A DNA stretch of 60,979 nucleotides, taken from the NCBI RefSeq assembly GCF_001447785.1, contig NW_015160247.1, positions 186,001 through 246,979 on the forward strand. The letters run 5' to 3'. This document shows positions 11,133 to 24,165 of the stretch, piece after piece. Source of the stretch: Gekko japonicus. Taxonomy: Eukaryota. How positions within the stretch are numbered: position 1 is the first letter of the stretch; each line of letters begins with the position of its first letter. A model generated the notes under the pieces. It was not told the origin of the DNA. It did not search any database and saw only the letters and a program-made list of their open reading frames with translations. Both the position numbers and the translations under genes were made by a program.

Positions 11133-11749
11133 GTAAGGTTTAAACCAGCTTTATAATACTCTTGTTTGACCATGAGTCTTGAGGCACAGAGACCGCCATG
11201 TTTGGGATTCAGAGGGACTTCTTGGGGGCGTGGATCCCTGATTTCTACAGTTCCCTTGTTGCCACCTCATGTGTCACTTCACACATCATTTGAAAAAGTT
11301 CTCCGATCCTGGGGACAGGGACTTGCAGTGTGTAGGAGGAGACGGGGAAGTCCTATTGTTCTGCTATGGAGCCGGCTATTGTTTCATTTTGCATTGCTTG
11401 AGGAAATATGTAAACAAATATTCTAACAAGGGAAGCAATTAGTAGGTTGTAAGGGGTTTGTTTAATTTCTTAACTGTCCTGGTCCTATCCAAGTAAGTTA
11501 CAGATAATGTTATATACCAGTTTTAAATTGTCAGCTCCAGTTACTTTATAAACCTTACTTTATAATAATTTTACCAAATTCTGGGATGAGAGACTTATTC
11601 ACTATAGGATAAACCAAAATAATACAAGAGAAATTTAACTTAGGTTGGCTGTTTTGCAAATGGGGCTGATGTGTTGGCCATGAGAATTTCAAGGAGAGTG
11701 AGCAGACGTCAGTGAAGTGTACTTAAGGGTTTTTTGTGTTTTTTTAAAG

Positions 11750-11865
11750 GAATGGGAGGCCATGGCTATGGTGGAGCAGGAGATGCAAGCTCAGGTTTTC
11801 ATGGCGGTCACTTTGTTCACATGAGAGGACTGCCATTTCGAGCAACAGAAAACGATATTGCTAAT
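11750..11865 (+). CDS. HNRNPH3: hnRNP H3 exon 6 ([38 protein letters not shown])
   Basis: tttaaag| ... AAT|gtaagt; start of second qRRM. Confidence 0.95.
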
Positions 11866-12658
11866 GTAAGTGTTGTGAGCAACCAAAATCATATGTAGCT
11901 TTCTGTTAGCAGGTTATCTGTTTCCCTAGTGTGAAATGAAATGTAATGCAGCAGCTACAGTGTCCTAAGCACTACTTATTTTTCTTGGGAATTTTGCTTA
12001 TATGTGTCATATGCACACATTGACAGCAAACTGACTGTTTAAAGGCCACAAACTAGTTTTTCCCCCTATGAACAGCCAGCGGCAGGACTTGTTTTAGCTG
12101 TTGTTGTCATTGATGCTAAAGGGTCACCTTTTTTAAGTCATAAATGAGATTTCTTGCAATTAAACAAACTAGGAAATTGGCTTACTATACTTGAAATTAC
12201 TATAGTAACTCTAGCAGATGCAACTGTAGTATTTCTGTAACACGTGACAGTATTGTATTTTAAATTTGGCCCTCATTTAGCTCTTGGATAATTGTTTGCT
12301 TCTTTTGCTAAGCTTTGCTATTAATATTCTTGCCCCTAGCATTTGGAGCTTGAAATTCTCAAATGGGAAAACAAGGGCTAACTCGTTATATGTTATTTTC
12401 TGTGTTAAAGGGGTTTTTTTCTATTTTAAAAAAGTTTTAAAAGGCTGCTGCAGTGTCCATGCAGAGTAAAATTACTAGACATCAGATTTGGTATGCAGTT
12501 AACAGTTTAGCCAGGCCATTCATTTTAATATTTTCAAGAAGTGGTGTGATGTTCTCTGTCTAATAAAATTAACGTGGAGCGTTTTATTTGCTAGTTTAGA
12601 AATACTGTGGTTTAAATATGAATGGGTTCTCACAAATTACTGTTTGTGTTTGTTTTAG

Positions 12659-12794
12659 TTTTTCTCACCCTTGACTCCTATAAGAGTACACATTGATATT
12701 GGAGCAGATGGAAGAGCAACGGGAGAGGCAGATGTGGAATTTGTGACACATGAAGATGCAGTGGCTGCCATGTCTAAAGATAAAAATCATATGC
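12659..12794 (+). CDS. HNRNPH3: hnRNP H3 exon 7 ([45 protein letters not shown])
   Basis: ttttag| ... ATGC|gtaagt, 136 nt. Confidence 0.96.
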
Positions 12795-15077
12795 GTAAGT
12801 CTCAACAAATATTGGAGCCATTAAAAATATCAAGTATTTCATTCGCTATCCAAAGTGTGTATGTGGTTATATTGTACCTCAGTCCTCGAAATTTAGTCAT
12901 AGCATTTACAAGTTCTTTTAAAACTTGCTGCTGGGAGGTAAAGAAAAATCTAGATATGCTACCATTAAGATTTATTGATTGACTAGGAAAAAGGCATGTT
13001 GTGGAAATGAATACAACTGCCTCTAGAAAGAGGCTCTGGGTGGGTGCCCCAGCCTTGGACACTCAGTGTCAATTTGCTGTGGCGACCTCAGCAGGGTATA
13101 ATGACACTGAGTCCACCATTTTCTCCAGAGGAACTGATCTCTGCTACCTAAAGAACAGTTGTAATTTTGAGTGATCTCCAGCCCTCACCTGGAGATTGGC
13201 AACAATGGTTCCCCACGAATAGTTGGTTTGGAGGGTGGAGTCTATGGCTTTGTACCTGTCCGAGGTCCCACGCCTTCTGAAACCTCACCCTCTCCAGGCT
13301 CCATCCCTCACATCTCCAGGAATTTCCCACCTGGAGTTGGCAACCCTATCTCCTTCCCAGCCAATCCTCAACCTACCTTTATTTCCCCCTCCAGCTTTCC
13401 ACCCCCCACACACCTGCAGCCTCTCCCGTGCTCTGAAGCCCTGACTTCTACGTCACATTGGCTGTCATGGGGGCCACCTCAGCAGTATATAAGGATACAG
13501 AGCCCACCATTTTCTCCAGGGGAACTGATCTCTGCCATCTGGAAAGCAGTTGTAATTCTGAGTGATCTCCAGCCCTCACCTGGAGATTGGACACATTTTA
13601 CCTCAGAATAGCAAACTGTTTAGAATGTTGGAGGCAAAAGCCAATCAAGTCGCATATGCAAACAACCTCTGTGTTCCGAGGCAGAGGCCAATGAGGCTGC
13701 ATATGCAAATAACCTCTGTGTTCTGACTGGCTGTGGGGAAGCAAAATGTTTAGAATGTTGGAGGCAGGACTCAGGCAAAGCAGCCAGTGGATAGGGAGAC
13801 CCTCTGAATGACAGATCAGAGAGCGAACTGATTTTGGAGTGTATGGAATGTTCTAGAGAAGTGCCACCACCATTCGGCTTTTATTCATAAGGGAGATTGG
13901 TTTATAAGCACAATAACACAACTGAACCTCAGTAACTAAGCAGAAACAATATATCACATGTTGAATTACTTTGTGCATGATAAGTGTATGATGCCCTCCA
14001 AGAGATACCGAGTGACCAGCAGTTCCTTCACAGAGGCCAAGAGCACAGTCAAGGTCAGCTTTGAGATGACTGCACCAAAGTGTCTTGGGGATTTTTTCTG
14101 TCTTTGTTTCTCCCTTTTTATTAGTGGTGTAAGATTCTATGAGCCAATTTTAAAGGAAAACATCCCAGTTATTTTTAATAAGAGCATCAAAACATCCTTT
14201 AAATCAGAGTCTCCTGTAATAATGGAAAACATTTGCTAAGAACAGAATCTTGGCAAGGTTAAGACAAGGTTCTGCAGTCCCTTTCAGCTTCCAGTCCTGC
14301 CACCTCCTCTCTATCTTGAGCTTGTAGTGAGTAGTTTTTCTTTGATCAGTTCAATATTACAGGTGTTTCCCCCTCCCCTTCCCCAGGGAGCTCAAGACAG
14401 AGAGAGAGACCGACCTTGATAGCTGTATTGGCTAATTAAAACCACAAATAGTGTATCTTACCTCCACCTCTTAGGTAGTATGCCTGGCATAGCTTATAGG
14501 ACTCTGCACATGGAAGCTCTTCTAAAGTTTTCAGCTGCTCTAGCCAAGTTCTTACTAAATGTAAAGGGTCTGGTGAAGTGTTCTGGGATTCATGGGCTGC
14601 TTGTGAGTGCATATAAATAACTTTAGGGGAGGCTGTTAATATTCTCATGTCCATTTAAGATCTGGTTTTCAGAATACCTTGCGAGACTTTATTTTATGTT
14701 AACGTAGCTACAACAAATTACTTTATTAGGGTTAGAATCTCTGAATACTTGAATTTTTTTAGAGTGGGTTGAATGGGAGTCCTGTTGGGGAACCCTTTTC
14801 ACACTGCTTGAAATTCTGTGATGGAAGAAGGGCAGAATACAAAAGAAATGAAGGACTTGTGCAGTTGATTTCCTGGTCTGTCAGCCTTATATGAAGCAGC
14901 CATTTTATAAGGGGAAAAAGGCTATAAATCTGATCATTTGAAAATGGACCGTTGAATGAGCTAGATGCAGTGTGAATGATTGTAAATGTTTCCCTGACTT
15001 CACATAGATGATAATTACAGAACTACCTGAGTTGTCTTATCACTTAAGTGTGTGTCCTTTTTCTGTTCTTTTTAAAG

Positions 15078-15158
15078 AACATCGATACATTGAACTGTTC
15101 CTGAATTCTACTGCTGGAGGCGGTTCTGGAATGGGAAGCTATGGCCGAGAGGGAATGG
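15078..15158 (+). CDS. HNRNPH3: hnRNP H3 exon 8 ([26 protein letters not shown])
   Basis: tttaaag| ... ATGG|gtatgt. Confidence 0.95.
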
Positions 15159-15239
15159 GTATGTTTGGTTCCAGATTCTTAATTCAGAATTAAATATACA
15201 CAGGTTCTTCAGTTGCTAATGGTACACATTACTTTCCAG

Positions 15240-15329
15240 ATCAAGGCGGTTATGGGTCTGTTGGAAGAATGGGGATGGGCAGCAGTTACAGTGGAGGATA
15301 TGGTGCTCCTGATGGCTTGGGTGGATATG
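15240..15329 (+). CDS. HNRNPH3: hnRNP H3 exon 9 ([29 protein letters not shown])
   Basis: ttccag| ... TATG|gtgagt; follows an 81-nt intron. Confidence 0.94.
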
Positions 15330-15490
15330 GTGAGTTGACTGAAGTAGGTGGCCCCACACCTATACACATCAGAACTCTTTTTAAGCTTTGCTTCACATGA
15401 GGGAGCTTGAGAATTCCGTGAGAAGCAGCCAATACTAGCTTATGTTCAACAGAAATAATTAGGAATATAATTCTTCTTGTTGTTTTATAG

Positions 15491-15567
15491 GCCGTGGCAG
15501 TGGAAATAGCGGTGGATACTATGGACAAGGCAACATGGGTGGAGGTGGATGGCGTGGAATGTATTGA
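15491..15567 (+). CDS. HNRNPH3: hnRNP H3 last coding exon (RGSGNSGGYYGQGNMGGGGWRGMY*)
   Basis: ttatag| acceptor; characteristic C-terminus GGWRGMY; TGA 15565-15567. Confidence 0.95.
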
Positions 15568-15767
15568 AGAGTGATGTTGGGTCTACAAAGCATATTGGAA
15601 GGAAACAGTACCTGGTCTACTAGGCTTTCTTACAAAACTTAATTTCTTTTGTATTGAAAACTTTATAATGACTGAAGGAATGTGTTTTCCCATTATTTGG
15701 TAAGCAGCAGATTGCAATGGGGAAATCTGTTTTCTGTAGGTTTTATTTGTTGCATACTCTGACTTTA

Positions 15768-15773
15768 AATAAA
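15768..15773 (+). terminator. HNRNPH3: Proximal poly(A) signal of HNRNPH3
   Basis: AATAAA ~200 nt after the stop, followed by T-rich sequence. Confidence 0.6.
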
Positions 15774-16694
15774 TTTTTTATATTCAAACCACTGATGTTG
15801 ATACTTTTTATACTAGCTGTTCCTAAAGATATGTTGCATATTCCAGAATTCTTGTTTGTTTGAGAGATTCGGTTCATTGAAGCAGTTGTATGGTAGGTTC
15901 TCATTATCGATGCAACATTATGTAAAATGAAACAGCCATTAAGTTAGTACACTTGATGAGATGTGAGGGTAGTTTTTTTTAAAATAACCTAATACAAAAC
16001 TGCTCATCAGTGAAGACAAATTCCCATAGCAGAATGTCAAAACAACTGTGCTGGGCATGAAGGCCGTGAGTTAAAGTTCTGGAATGACCTAATGCACAAC
16101 TGCTATATTAAAAAAAAACTGGTTGATGTCTGAACTGTATGCATGCTAGAAATCTAACCTATTAAATGTATGTTAAGTATTGGTACAAATCTGTGTATCA
16201 ATCTTCATACTCGTATCCTTGGCAATCAGATTTTCAGATAAGTTGTGAATATTATTGTTTGGGCAATATCAGGGAGGGGAAGAGTCAAGACTATTACTGT
16301 AGTGGGACTATTGCAACATCCATAGAGAAGTCAGTCATTGTTTAGATTCCTAGAAACAAATTAATTTAGGAACACTGCTCTTATTCCTGAATGCAGCTGT
16401 GTGTTGAGAAAGCTGCCTGACGGGTATTTCCAGCAGAGAGCTAGGCTTGTGGCAGATGATTTAAATAACACAATATATGTGGTCCTCTTGCTGTGCATTT
16501 AACATGTAAGATGTTTGGGTGAAATATTGTTTAGACACTTAAGCATTCACTGTATATTGAAGAAAGGGTACTGAATATTCTAGTTTTCTTCATTTCAGTT
16601 GCTTGTCCTCCAAATTCTTCCCAATAACTTGTCAAATGTGATCAACTATTGAAAGTTTGTTGCCTGTTTTCTTTGCTAGTAATGTTATGTATGT

Positions 16695-16700
16695 AATAAA
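16695..16700 (+). terminator. HNRNPH3: Distal poly(A) signal of HNRNPH3
   Basis: TGTA-AATAAA with GT-rich sequence downstream (~16743-16757). Confidence 0.6.
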
Positions 16701-18243
16701 CGTCTTATTGTGGGAGATAGCAAAATAGACTTGATTCTAGGAAGTGTGTGTTGTGTCAATTTATCTACAGGGTTTATAAATTTCAAAGATTGTTTCCTGG
16801 TGTGCAAAGGAAAGGGCACAGGAAGTCACTGTTTGGAATAGGTGCATCATCAGGTCACAGATGAAGAACTTAATGAGTGAATTGGCCCAATACTGCCAGC
16901 ATTCAAACCAGTTTCATTTGATGTGTGCTGTGATTAGTGCAGACTCTGTTACTACATGTACTCATCAGGAAGTTGAGCAGAGAGACCCTGAAGTGTTAAA
17001 GGAGGGAACTATGGTGGTCTTCAGATCAAATGCATATGGTGAAATAAGTGGCCATTTAAGTGAGATGCCAAGGTCTTAACGTAGCAGTGACCATTTGCAT
17101 CCAAAATTTGGATTTAGAAAGCATCAGAACAGTTAATGTAGGCTGTATAGTATCCTAAAGTTGCCCACTGAAATGTGCATGCACTGCATCAGCTGGAGCC
17201 TTTCTGCATTAGTGCTTTATGTGTTTAGAGCCAGAGAGCAGTTCCTTTCCACCAAGCAGAAGAGTAATTTGGTTTTTTTCAAAACAGAAACCAGATTGGA
17301 AGGGAGGGGTAGTCTGTTCTCAGAGTAAACCCTTGGCCAAACATCTCATCTAGAGGCTAGATTGCAGTAGGCTACAGTGTTACCTATGTGTTTCCATGCA
17401 TTGAGCATACCATTGGACTTTTACCCCTCCCCCCAGGAACCACTCCAGGCAGGCTTAACAGAAGTTGCTAAACACTGCATTAAGGGAGTGGACAGGGCAG
17501 AGACCACAATATACTGAACATTTTTGCTTCCTAAACCAGGGTTGTTTCCTCACTGACCATTAAATTCATCTAATGAAGATGCATTTTCATTGGGTTTTTT
17601 GCATCTGTGGAACAAAGGCTACATACAGGTAGATCTTCCTATACAGCTTCAGTTTCAAGTCTGTTTACTTGTGATTCAGCAAATACTCTGAACACTGAAC
17701 TGTAGCAATAGAACATAAGGCAGTAAAAGTGGTAGGCAAAAGAATGAATTGAATAGTTTCTGCAGTAAGACCTGGCAGTGGCTCTCTTCCAATTTCAGCA
17801 AAGGGTTGTTTTTCACCTGACCGTGCTACCTAGGTAATCTACTGCTCTAGTAATGTTGGGAGTCAGCATTTGCTGTGGGTGCCAGTACTTCCAGTGAGGT
17901 GTGGGACTGGCATGGCATCTGCCCATCAGCTGTGGGGGTTTGCTTGGTAAGTGTTACTGGTTGTGTAGGCTCTTTCCACTCAGAAGACACAAACCTAAAA
18001 ATAAGTTACCTAAGAATCAACCCTAATTTGTTGACATAATAATCTCATGAAAAGAGTGTAGTGCAAATATACATATAGATTGTTTAAATAATTGCTATAA
18101 TTGGTCTTTTGGTGCTTGAATTATTTAAAGTAATTGCTATAATTGGTCTTTTGGTGTTCTGGTGCTTGGCATAAAGCTAGAAATGTACGTTTAATGGGAC
18201 TCAAAAGATTCAGCATTACGAAGATGAGCTGAAAGTTGTCAAA

Positions 18244-18249
18244 TTTATT
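18244..18249 (-). terminator. RUFY2: Candidate poly(A) signal of long RUFY2 3' UTR
   Basis: TTTATT on plus = AATAAA on minus, 3.2 kb past the RUFY2 stop. Confidence 0.4.
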
Positions 18250-20241
18250 TTTTCAAACCACAGGATTACAAATGTCTGCATTTAAAATTACAAAAATCTG
18301 TTAAAACATTACAAAAATCTGAATTAGTTAATTTAACATTTTGGTCTGCTCTGAAGTAGTATAGCTATACTTCTTGATACAGGAATGGCGCAGCTTTCTT
18401 AAAAGATACAGTTCCAAACCCCTGTACCTCTGAGCAAATTAAGTGCCTGAGATTGGAGCGGGACTTCAGAAAAACTCAGTCAGATGCCCAGTCTCAGTCA
18501 CTATCTTTCCATTCTTTTTTGTAGGCTGCAGAAAACATGCTTCATTATAATGTCTGAGAAATTTTTGGAATGTTAATCACAATGGAGGTGGAATAATGAA
18601 GAGTGTTCAAAACTGTTGAGTCCTAATTATAGCACAAAGTTACAAAATACTGCTTGAACTGGGTAGTAACAATTGAAGCATTTAATACACTTGATATTTT
18701 GGAGTGAAGGACCTGTAGTCCCACAGGTCTTAGGGCTGGTGGAACCAAAGCTCTCCCTTCAGTGAAGTAGATATACATTACAAACACTGGAATCACTATA
18801 CTTGAGAAATCAAGCAGTGATGGGCACATTTAGCTCAAGCAGCAGTTACTGAGCTGTGCAAGATTGCAGGTTTTATATGTAGTTTTCCAGAGACTTTCTG
18901 TTAGCAGAAAGTACACAGCATGTTTATCCTCATAGAAGAAGAATATGCCCATCACTGCTGCTCAGCCCCCCACTCCCCCAAGTGGTTGGGACACAGCTCC
19001 TGAGAATGAAGAAACTTCCGTTTTTAAATACGTGACCAAAAGTCCTCTGGCAATTAGCAGGCTTTTCTTCAAAGAAATTAGGATATCTCACAATAAACAA
19101 CCAGAAGTTTTTCTGTGGCTGCAACAATATGGCATAAGGTCACTGGCTAGCTGGAGTTTCCCTTTTGAATTTCTGCCTGTTGCTGGCCAAACACAAAACA
19201 GCCACACCAGTGTGGAACTTTGAAGTTTTAGACACTCCTCCTTAGGAGCAACTTAGGGAGCCAGAAAGACGACTGTCCTTTGACCATCGACGTGACCATC
19301 AGAAATGCAGTTGGTGAAGCTTTTGGCCATGCTACTTGAATTTTTTTAAAGTGCAGGAGCCTATTGGGGGGAAATAAGCAAAGCTGTGTTCCCCCCCCCC
19401 CCCCCGCCCCCCCCCCCAGTTGTGCTTCCTTCCTGTCATACCCACCCACCGCTGACCCTAGAGGAGTATTGGAAAACTTTCCTAAGAGGCTAGTCCTGCC
19501 ATTATTCTAGTTCCCTTTTCAGGCAACACCTACAATAATCTCATGAAGCACTGTGGGGCTGTTTCTTTTTGGTACCAACTTGGAAGCTGAATAATGTAAA
19601 TTTGATTAAATTAACCCCCTTAATCAAGGATACTTTCTTCTACATTGATATAATACATGTTCATCCTTGGCTTGTCATACCATTTGCTAGGCTTCACAAT
19701 CTGACAAGCAACTCCTGTTTTAGGAATGATATAATCAAAAGTATTTGAAATATTCATACCAGTATGAAAATAGGTGGATTACTTATAAACTGCAATTAAT
19801 AAAGGCATTACCATAACATGAACACAGTATAGTCTTGTGGATAAACTAAATATGCCAGTCTTTTTAAAATTACTTCCATAGAAACTGAGACTGTTCTGCT
19901 GCCTTTGTAAAAAGTGTTCAACTACCCCCATTTTCAATTTAATTACTAAAAAAAAATTCTTTGTGCAAGACATCTTAAGAATTGGTTTGCATTAAAAATT
20001 TCATTGTACACAGAAATAATTGAAACAAACAATTATTTAACCTCTGCTGTATTTTGATTACCCATTTTCCTATATGCTTCCTGTTTGCTGTGCAGCCTGA
20101 TAGCAAAGGGTACAGAACTCTTACAACCTACTTCCCAGTTGTACATCTGCTAGCAATAGTCTAAGTCAACAAACCTCAAAAAATTCATCTAGCGTCCTTC
20201 AGCTAACCTTCCACAGTATATAACATGCATTATTGGGGGGA

Positions 20242-20428
20242 GATGCTGGGAAAGACTGAAGGTCAAAGAAGTCAGGGACGGCAAAGGATGAGATGGTTCG
20301 TGTCATAGATACAACGAACATGAAATTGAGCAAACTTCAGAGGACGGCGGAAAACAGGAGGGCCTGGGGAGATCTTGTCAATGGGGTCACGAAGAGTCGG
20401 ACTCGACTGTGCGACTGAACAACAAAAC
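20242..20428 (+). mobile_element. RTE-BovB LINE 3' fragment
   Basis: gatgctgggaaagactgaagg...ggggtcacgaagagtcggactcgactgtgcgactgaacaacaa is a typical BovB 3' end. Confidence 0.85.
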
Positions 20429-21476
20429 CAGGGACTATACCCCAACTAGGTACAAAAAGCTCCCAACATTCCCGCCCCTTAGTTTCAAAGCTGAGCGGAA
20501 ATGGTTGAAATATGGTTCTTTCTTTGATGCCTCAGCTGGGCTCCTAGCCCCAGTGCAGGGCTTTCAAGTCCAGGCCTTCTCCAAGCTTTGCTCCTCCTTT
20601 TCCCATAACACTCCGTGCATCATGCAAACTGGGGAGTTACCTCCCCCCACCCAGAAGGTCCTTTAGGGATGTTGGCAAGCCTCTCTCCAAGGTGGGGCCT
20701 CAGCTGCCCGGAGCCTCCCTGCCAAGCACAGTCCCCTCCCTCCTGTGTCAGATATCTGTCTCCCCCTTATCTGTCCAGAAATTGATGGAATCAAACACTA
20801 GAATCCTGAGAGCCAAAATTTGCTAGATTATTAATGGAGGATCGACATGCCAAATTCTACGCCAAAGGAAACCCGATACTGCCAACAGAAAAACTAGATC
20901 AGTTAGATTCATTTGCTTATATTTAATTTGCAAAATTGTGTGTCCACAGTGAAGCAGTTCAAATAATCTTTTTGTTGAGGATGGATAATGGGAGTGGGAT
21001 ACAAAGCGGCACGCTGGATAGTGAGTCTTAGTGAACCCTCGTCCAGCTCCTCTCTGATTTCCGAGCTCCAGCTGCTGCCATCTTAACCCCAAGCTAGGAA
21101 TTTTTGAAAAACAAAAAAGGCCAAGGAGGCGTGGTTCTGCACTAGACGTTTGAATGGTCCGCCTGCACAGTAAAAACATCAGCTGTATCGAATACAAAAA
21201 GTCATGCCTTATATCCTTAAGGACCAACCATAAAATGTAAAAAAAATACATTCTTCAGATGAGGCATGCCAATTGCTGCACTGGCATAGCATTGCAAACT
21301 GACCTCATGCTGGCACTGCAGGACTATCACAATGGCACAATGGTTTCAGATTGGGTGGTTGGATGACTTGGAAGATGCAAAAGCATTAGCCAGTGTTGCA
21401 CAACTCTGTACAGCAACACCTGTAGTATCTACCATTGTAGTGGAAGTACAATGTTTTGTAAATCCGCAAATGACAC

Positions 21477-21620
21477 TCATGGCACATTGGAAGAGCACCT
21501 CTGTATGAGCAACGCGTGACAGGAATCACAGACTCGTACAGGCTTTGGCGAAGACGGTAAAGGCAGTTCGTTGTCTGAGCAGGCATTACAGAAAATTTCA
21601 CCACAGTTCCTACAGTGATG
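21477..21620 (-). CDS. RUFY2: RUFY2 last exon (18), FYVE domain: [47 protein letters not shown]
   Basis: FYVE motifs RKHHCR and RVC; acceptor at 21621-21622; stop 21477-21479. Confidence 0.96.
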   Translation of the reverse strand, partial: HHCRNCGEIFCNACSDNELPLPSSPKPVRVCDSCHALLIQRCSSNVP

Positions 21621-21824
21621 CTAAAATGAAGATGGGGAAAAAAGTGTTGAAATCAATGCAGCATCACGAGTTAAACAATGGGTTGTAATCAGTTATAACT
21701 GAATGCATATAGGATTTCATGTATATGAAATGACTCCTTGAATGTCTGTATTCTATGAGAAGAAAAGTGTCAATGCTGACTCAAAACTACTTGGGGGGTT
21801 TATTCTATGCATGGTGACATCTCA

Positions 21825-22002
21825 CATAAGACCATAAGAGAAGCCATGCTGGATCAGGCCAATGGCCCATCCAGTCCAACACTGTGTCACACAGTGGATA
21901 AACCTAGGTGCCATCAGGTGGTCCACCAGCAGCGCCAGAACTCCAGAAGCACACCCACTGTTGCCCACCAAGCACCAAGAATACAGAGCATCACTGCCCC
22001 AG
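21825..22002 (-). mobile_element. CR1 LINE 3' end
   Basis: cataagaccataagagaagccatgctggatcaggcc... tail repeat; same family at 39040-39462. Confidence 0.65.
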
Positions 22003-22653
22003 ACTCACTGTAGATGAAATATACAAGCGCTGGGTTACATCCCGTGATCCAGCAGCAGAATGTACTAATGGATGCAGGTCTTCCCAGCTCTCCCCAGCAA
22101 CCATTTCCGATTCCAGGGAAGTTTATTCCCAGTGTCATGAGACACACACGGATAACAGCTATTTGAGCTGGGAAGCGGTCGTGGGAAAGGGGAAGGCAGC
22201 AAAATGGTCCCCTCCCATCTTTTGAGTGAGCTGTGCTGAAAAAAGCAGAAGGGCCTGTTATGTTTCCCCACCGCCAGCCTCTTGGCCTGTGTGGCTGTTA
22301 CTCCGTGTAGGTCTTGTGACCCGAGAAATAAACTCCTGGGGTCAGAAATGGCAGCTGGAGGGAGGGAGAGCCAGGAAGACTGGGGGTCCTTGAGGGAACC
22401 TCACGAAGTCCTTGCTCCTGGGAATAATTTGCACTGACTTGTCCATACAGTTGCATAAAAAGTGACCTGGCTTGAGCAAAATCATCTTGTAAAACTCCCC
22501 TATCATGACTTATGGGGCCAACGGTATGAAAGTAAGAACAGTGTTTAATTTGGTAGCAATTGATGATTCATTGCACGTGCATAAATAAAAATGTAGATAA
22601 TCATCATATGCACAACAAAGGCTTTTTTTGTACTGGCTTTTATCCACTCTCAC

Positions 22654-22731
22654 CTTTCTTTTGGATAGAGAAAACTCCTTTTCGCATAATTTGCAGTGAG
22701 TAGCTTCTTTGTCCTTTAGCCAGACCTGCCC
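22654..22731 (-). CDS. RUFY2: RUFY2 exon 17 ([26 protein letters not shown])
   Basis: FYVE WxxD motif; canonical AG/GT; 78 nt. Confidence 0.96.
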
Positions 22732-23409
22732 CTAGTAGAGAAAAAAGATGTTCTCTGAACAGAGCAATTACAAGAGCATAGTTATCTAAACTTAAATACT
22801 AATTGCCTTTCATGCAATGGCAACGTGATGGATTCCTCGCTCCAGGCCTTTTGGCCCACAGACAACTCCGGCTGGTGGGACTGCTCTCTCTGTATTAAAG
22901 TTCAGATTTCCAAACTCTCAACAGGCTTTCCCCACATTTGCCTGCTGCCTGGCCCTTAGGCACGGCAAAGCACTGCACAGCAGTAGGCACATTTGATACC
23001 AATATCCCATGGTAGCATATTGCAGGGCAAAACTGGCAACGCAGGAATCCTATCATGCCATTTATCTGCCTGTAGAGATCTGCCATGGAACTCTTAATTT
23101 TTTATTGTTATTTTAACTGTATCAATTACCAAAGCAGCACAAGCAAATATCTGAGAATGCAAGTATACCTTAACCAAACCATGCAAATCAGTAAATCATA
23201 ATATAAACTTTATGCCTCTGTACTTGTAGTTCATCCTCTACACGGAATCACAGGTTTCCTTAAGGTTTTTTTGCATTGATTTCTGAAAAGCCATCAGCCT
23301 AATAAATTTGAATAGACCTTTTATTTTATCAAGCCATTCTCTCACAGAAGTACCTTTTATTTCTAAAAATTTGCAAATATTAACCTCCCAGCCATTAAAA
23401 TATCTAAAG

Positions 23410-23552
23410 CAGGGGTCATTTCGTAGAAAAAGAGCTAGGGGAACTCATTAGCATAACTCATTAGCATATGCCACACACCCTGAAATCACCGGAAGTGTGT
23501 CATAACGCCACACCCCCTGACATCACCGGAAGTGTGTCATAAGGCCACACCC
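23410..23552. mobile_element. Partial copy of the hAT MITE family of 528-840, in opposite orientation
   Basis: caggggtcatttcgtagaaaaagagct...cattagcataactcattagcatatgccacac. Confidence 0.8.
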
Positions 23553-24116
23553 ATCACTCAGTCTTAGTCTTACAGGTTAGTCTTAAAGGTGCTATTTGTT
23601 AGTCTTAAAGGTGCTATTTGAACTCTTGGACTATTTTGCAGCAACAGACTAACACAGCTAATTCCTCTGAATCTAAACCCACCACTCAGGCTCCACCCCC
23701 AAAATCTTCAAGGTATTGCCAACTCAGAGCTGGCGAGCCTATCTGATGGCACATGTGGGGGAAAACAAGCAAACCACCCAGAATTACGAAAACTGGTTTC
23801 CAGAAGCAGACTAAAAAGAACAAGAGCGCAGCAGCAGCAAAGGCACTTCACAGAATCATAGAGTTGAAAGGGACCTCCAGGGTCATCTAGTGGAGCTGAA
23901 GATATTTTATAAGTATACCAGTTAAATTATGTGCCTTAAGTCTTATAAACCACACTGGGGAGTAACAGAACATGGGATGGACAGACAGCTGCAAAGCAAA
24001 GTGGGAGAGGGGCTTTACTACTCAAGTTGTCCCTGAGCTTAATGTGTCAGAGTGCGGTGTACAAAACATATTTCACATCAATCGAACTACCCTGCCATTC
24101 CCCCCCCATTACTGAC

Positions 24117-24165
24117 CTGCAATGTTTTGTTTGCTTCTTTAATATCTTCTATTTTAAGCTTTGAC
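24117..24165 (-). CDS. RUFY2: RUFY2 exon 16 (SKLKIEDIKEANKTLQ)
   Basis: tttag| ... CAG|gtcagt, 49 nt. Confidence 0.93.
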
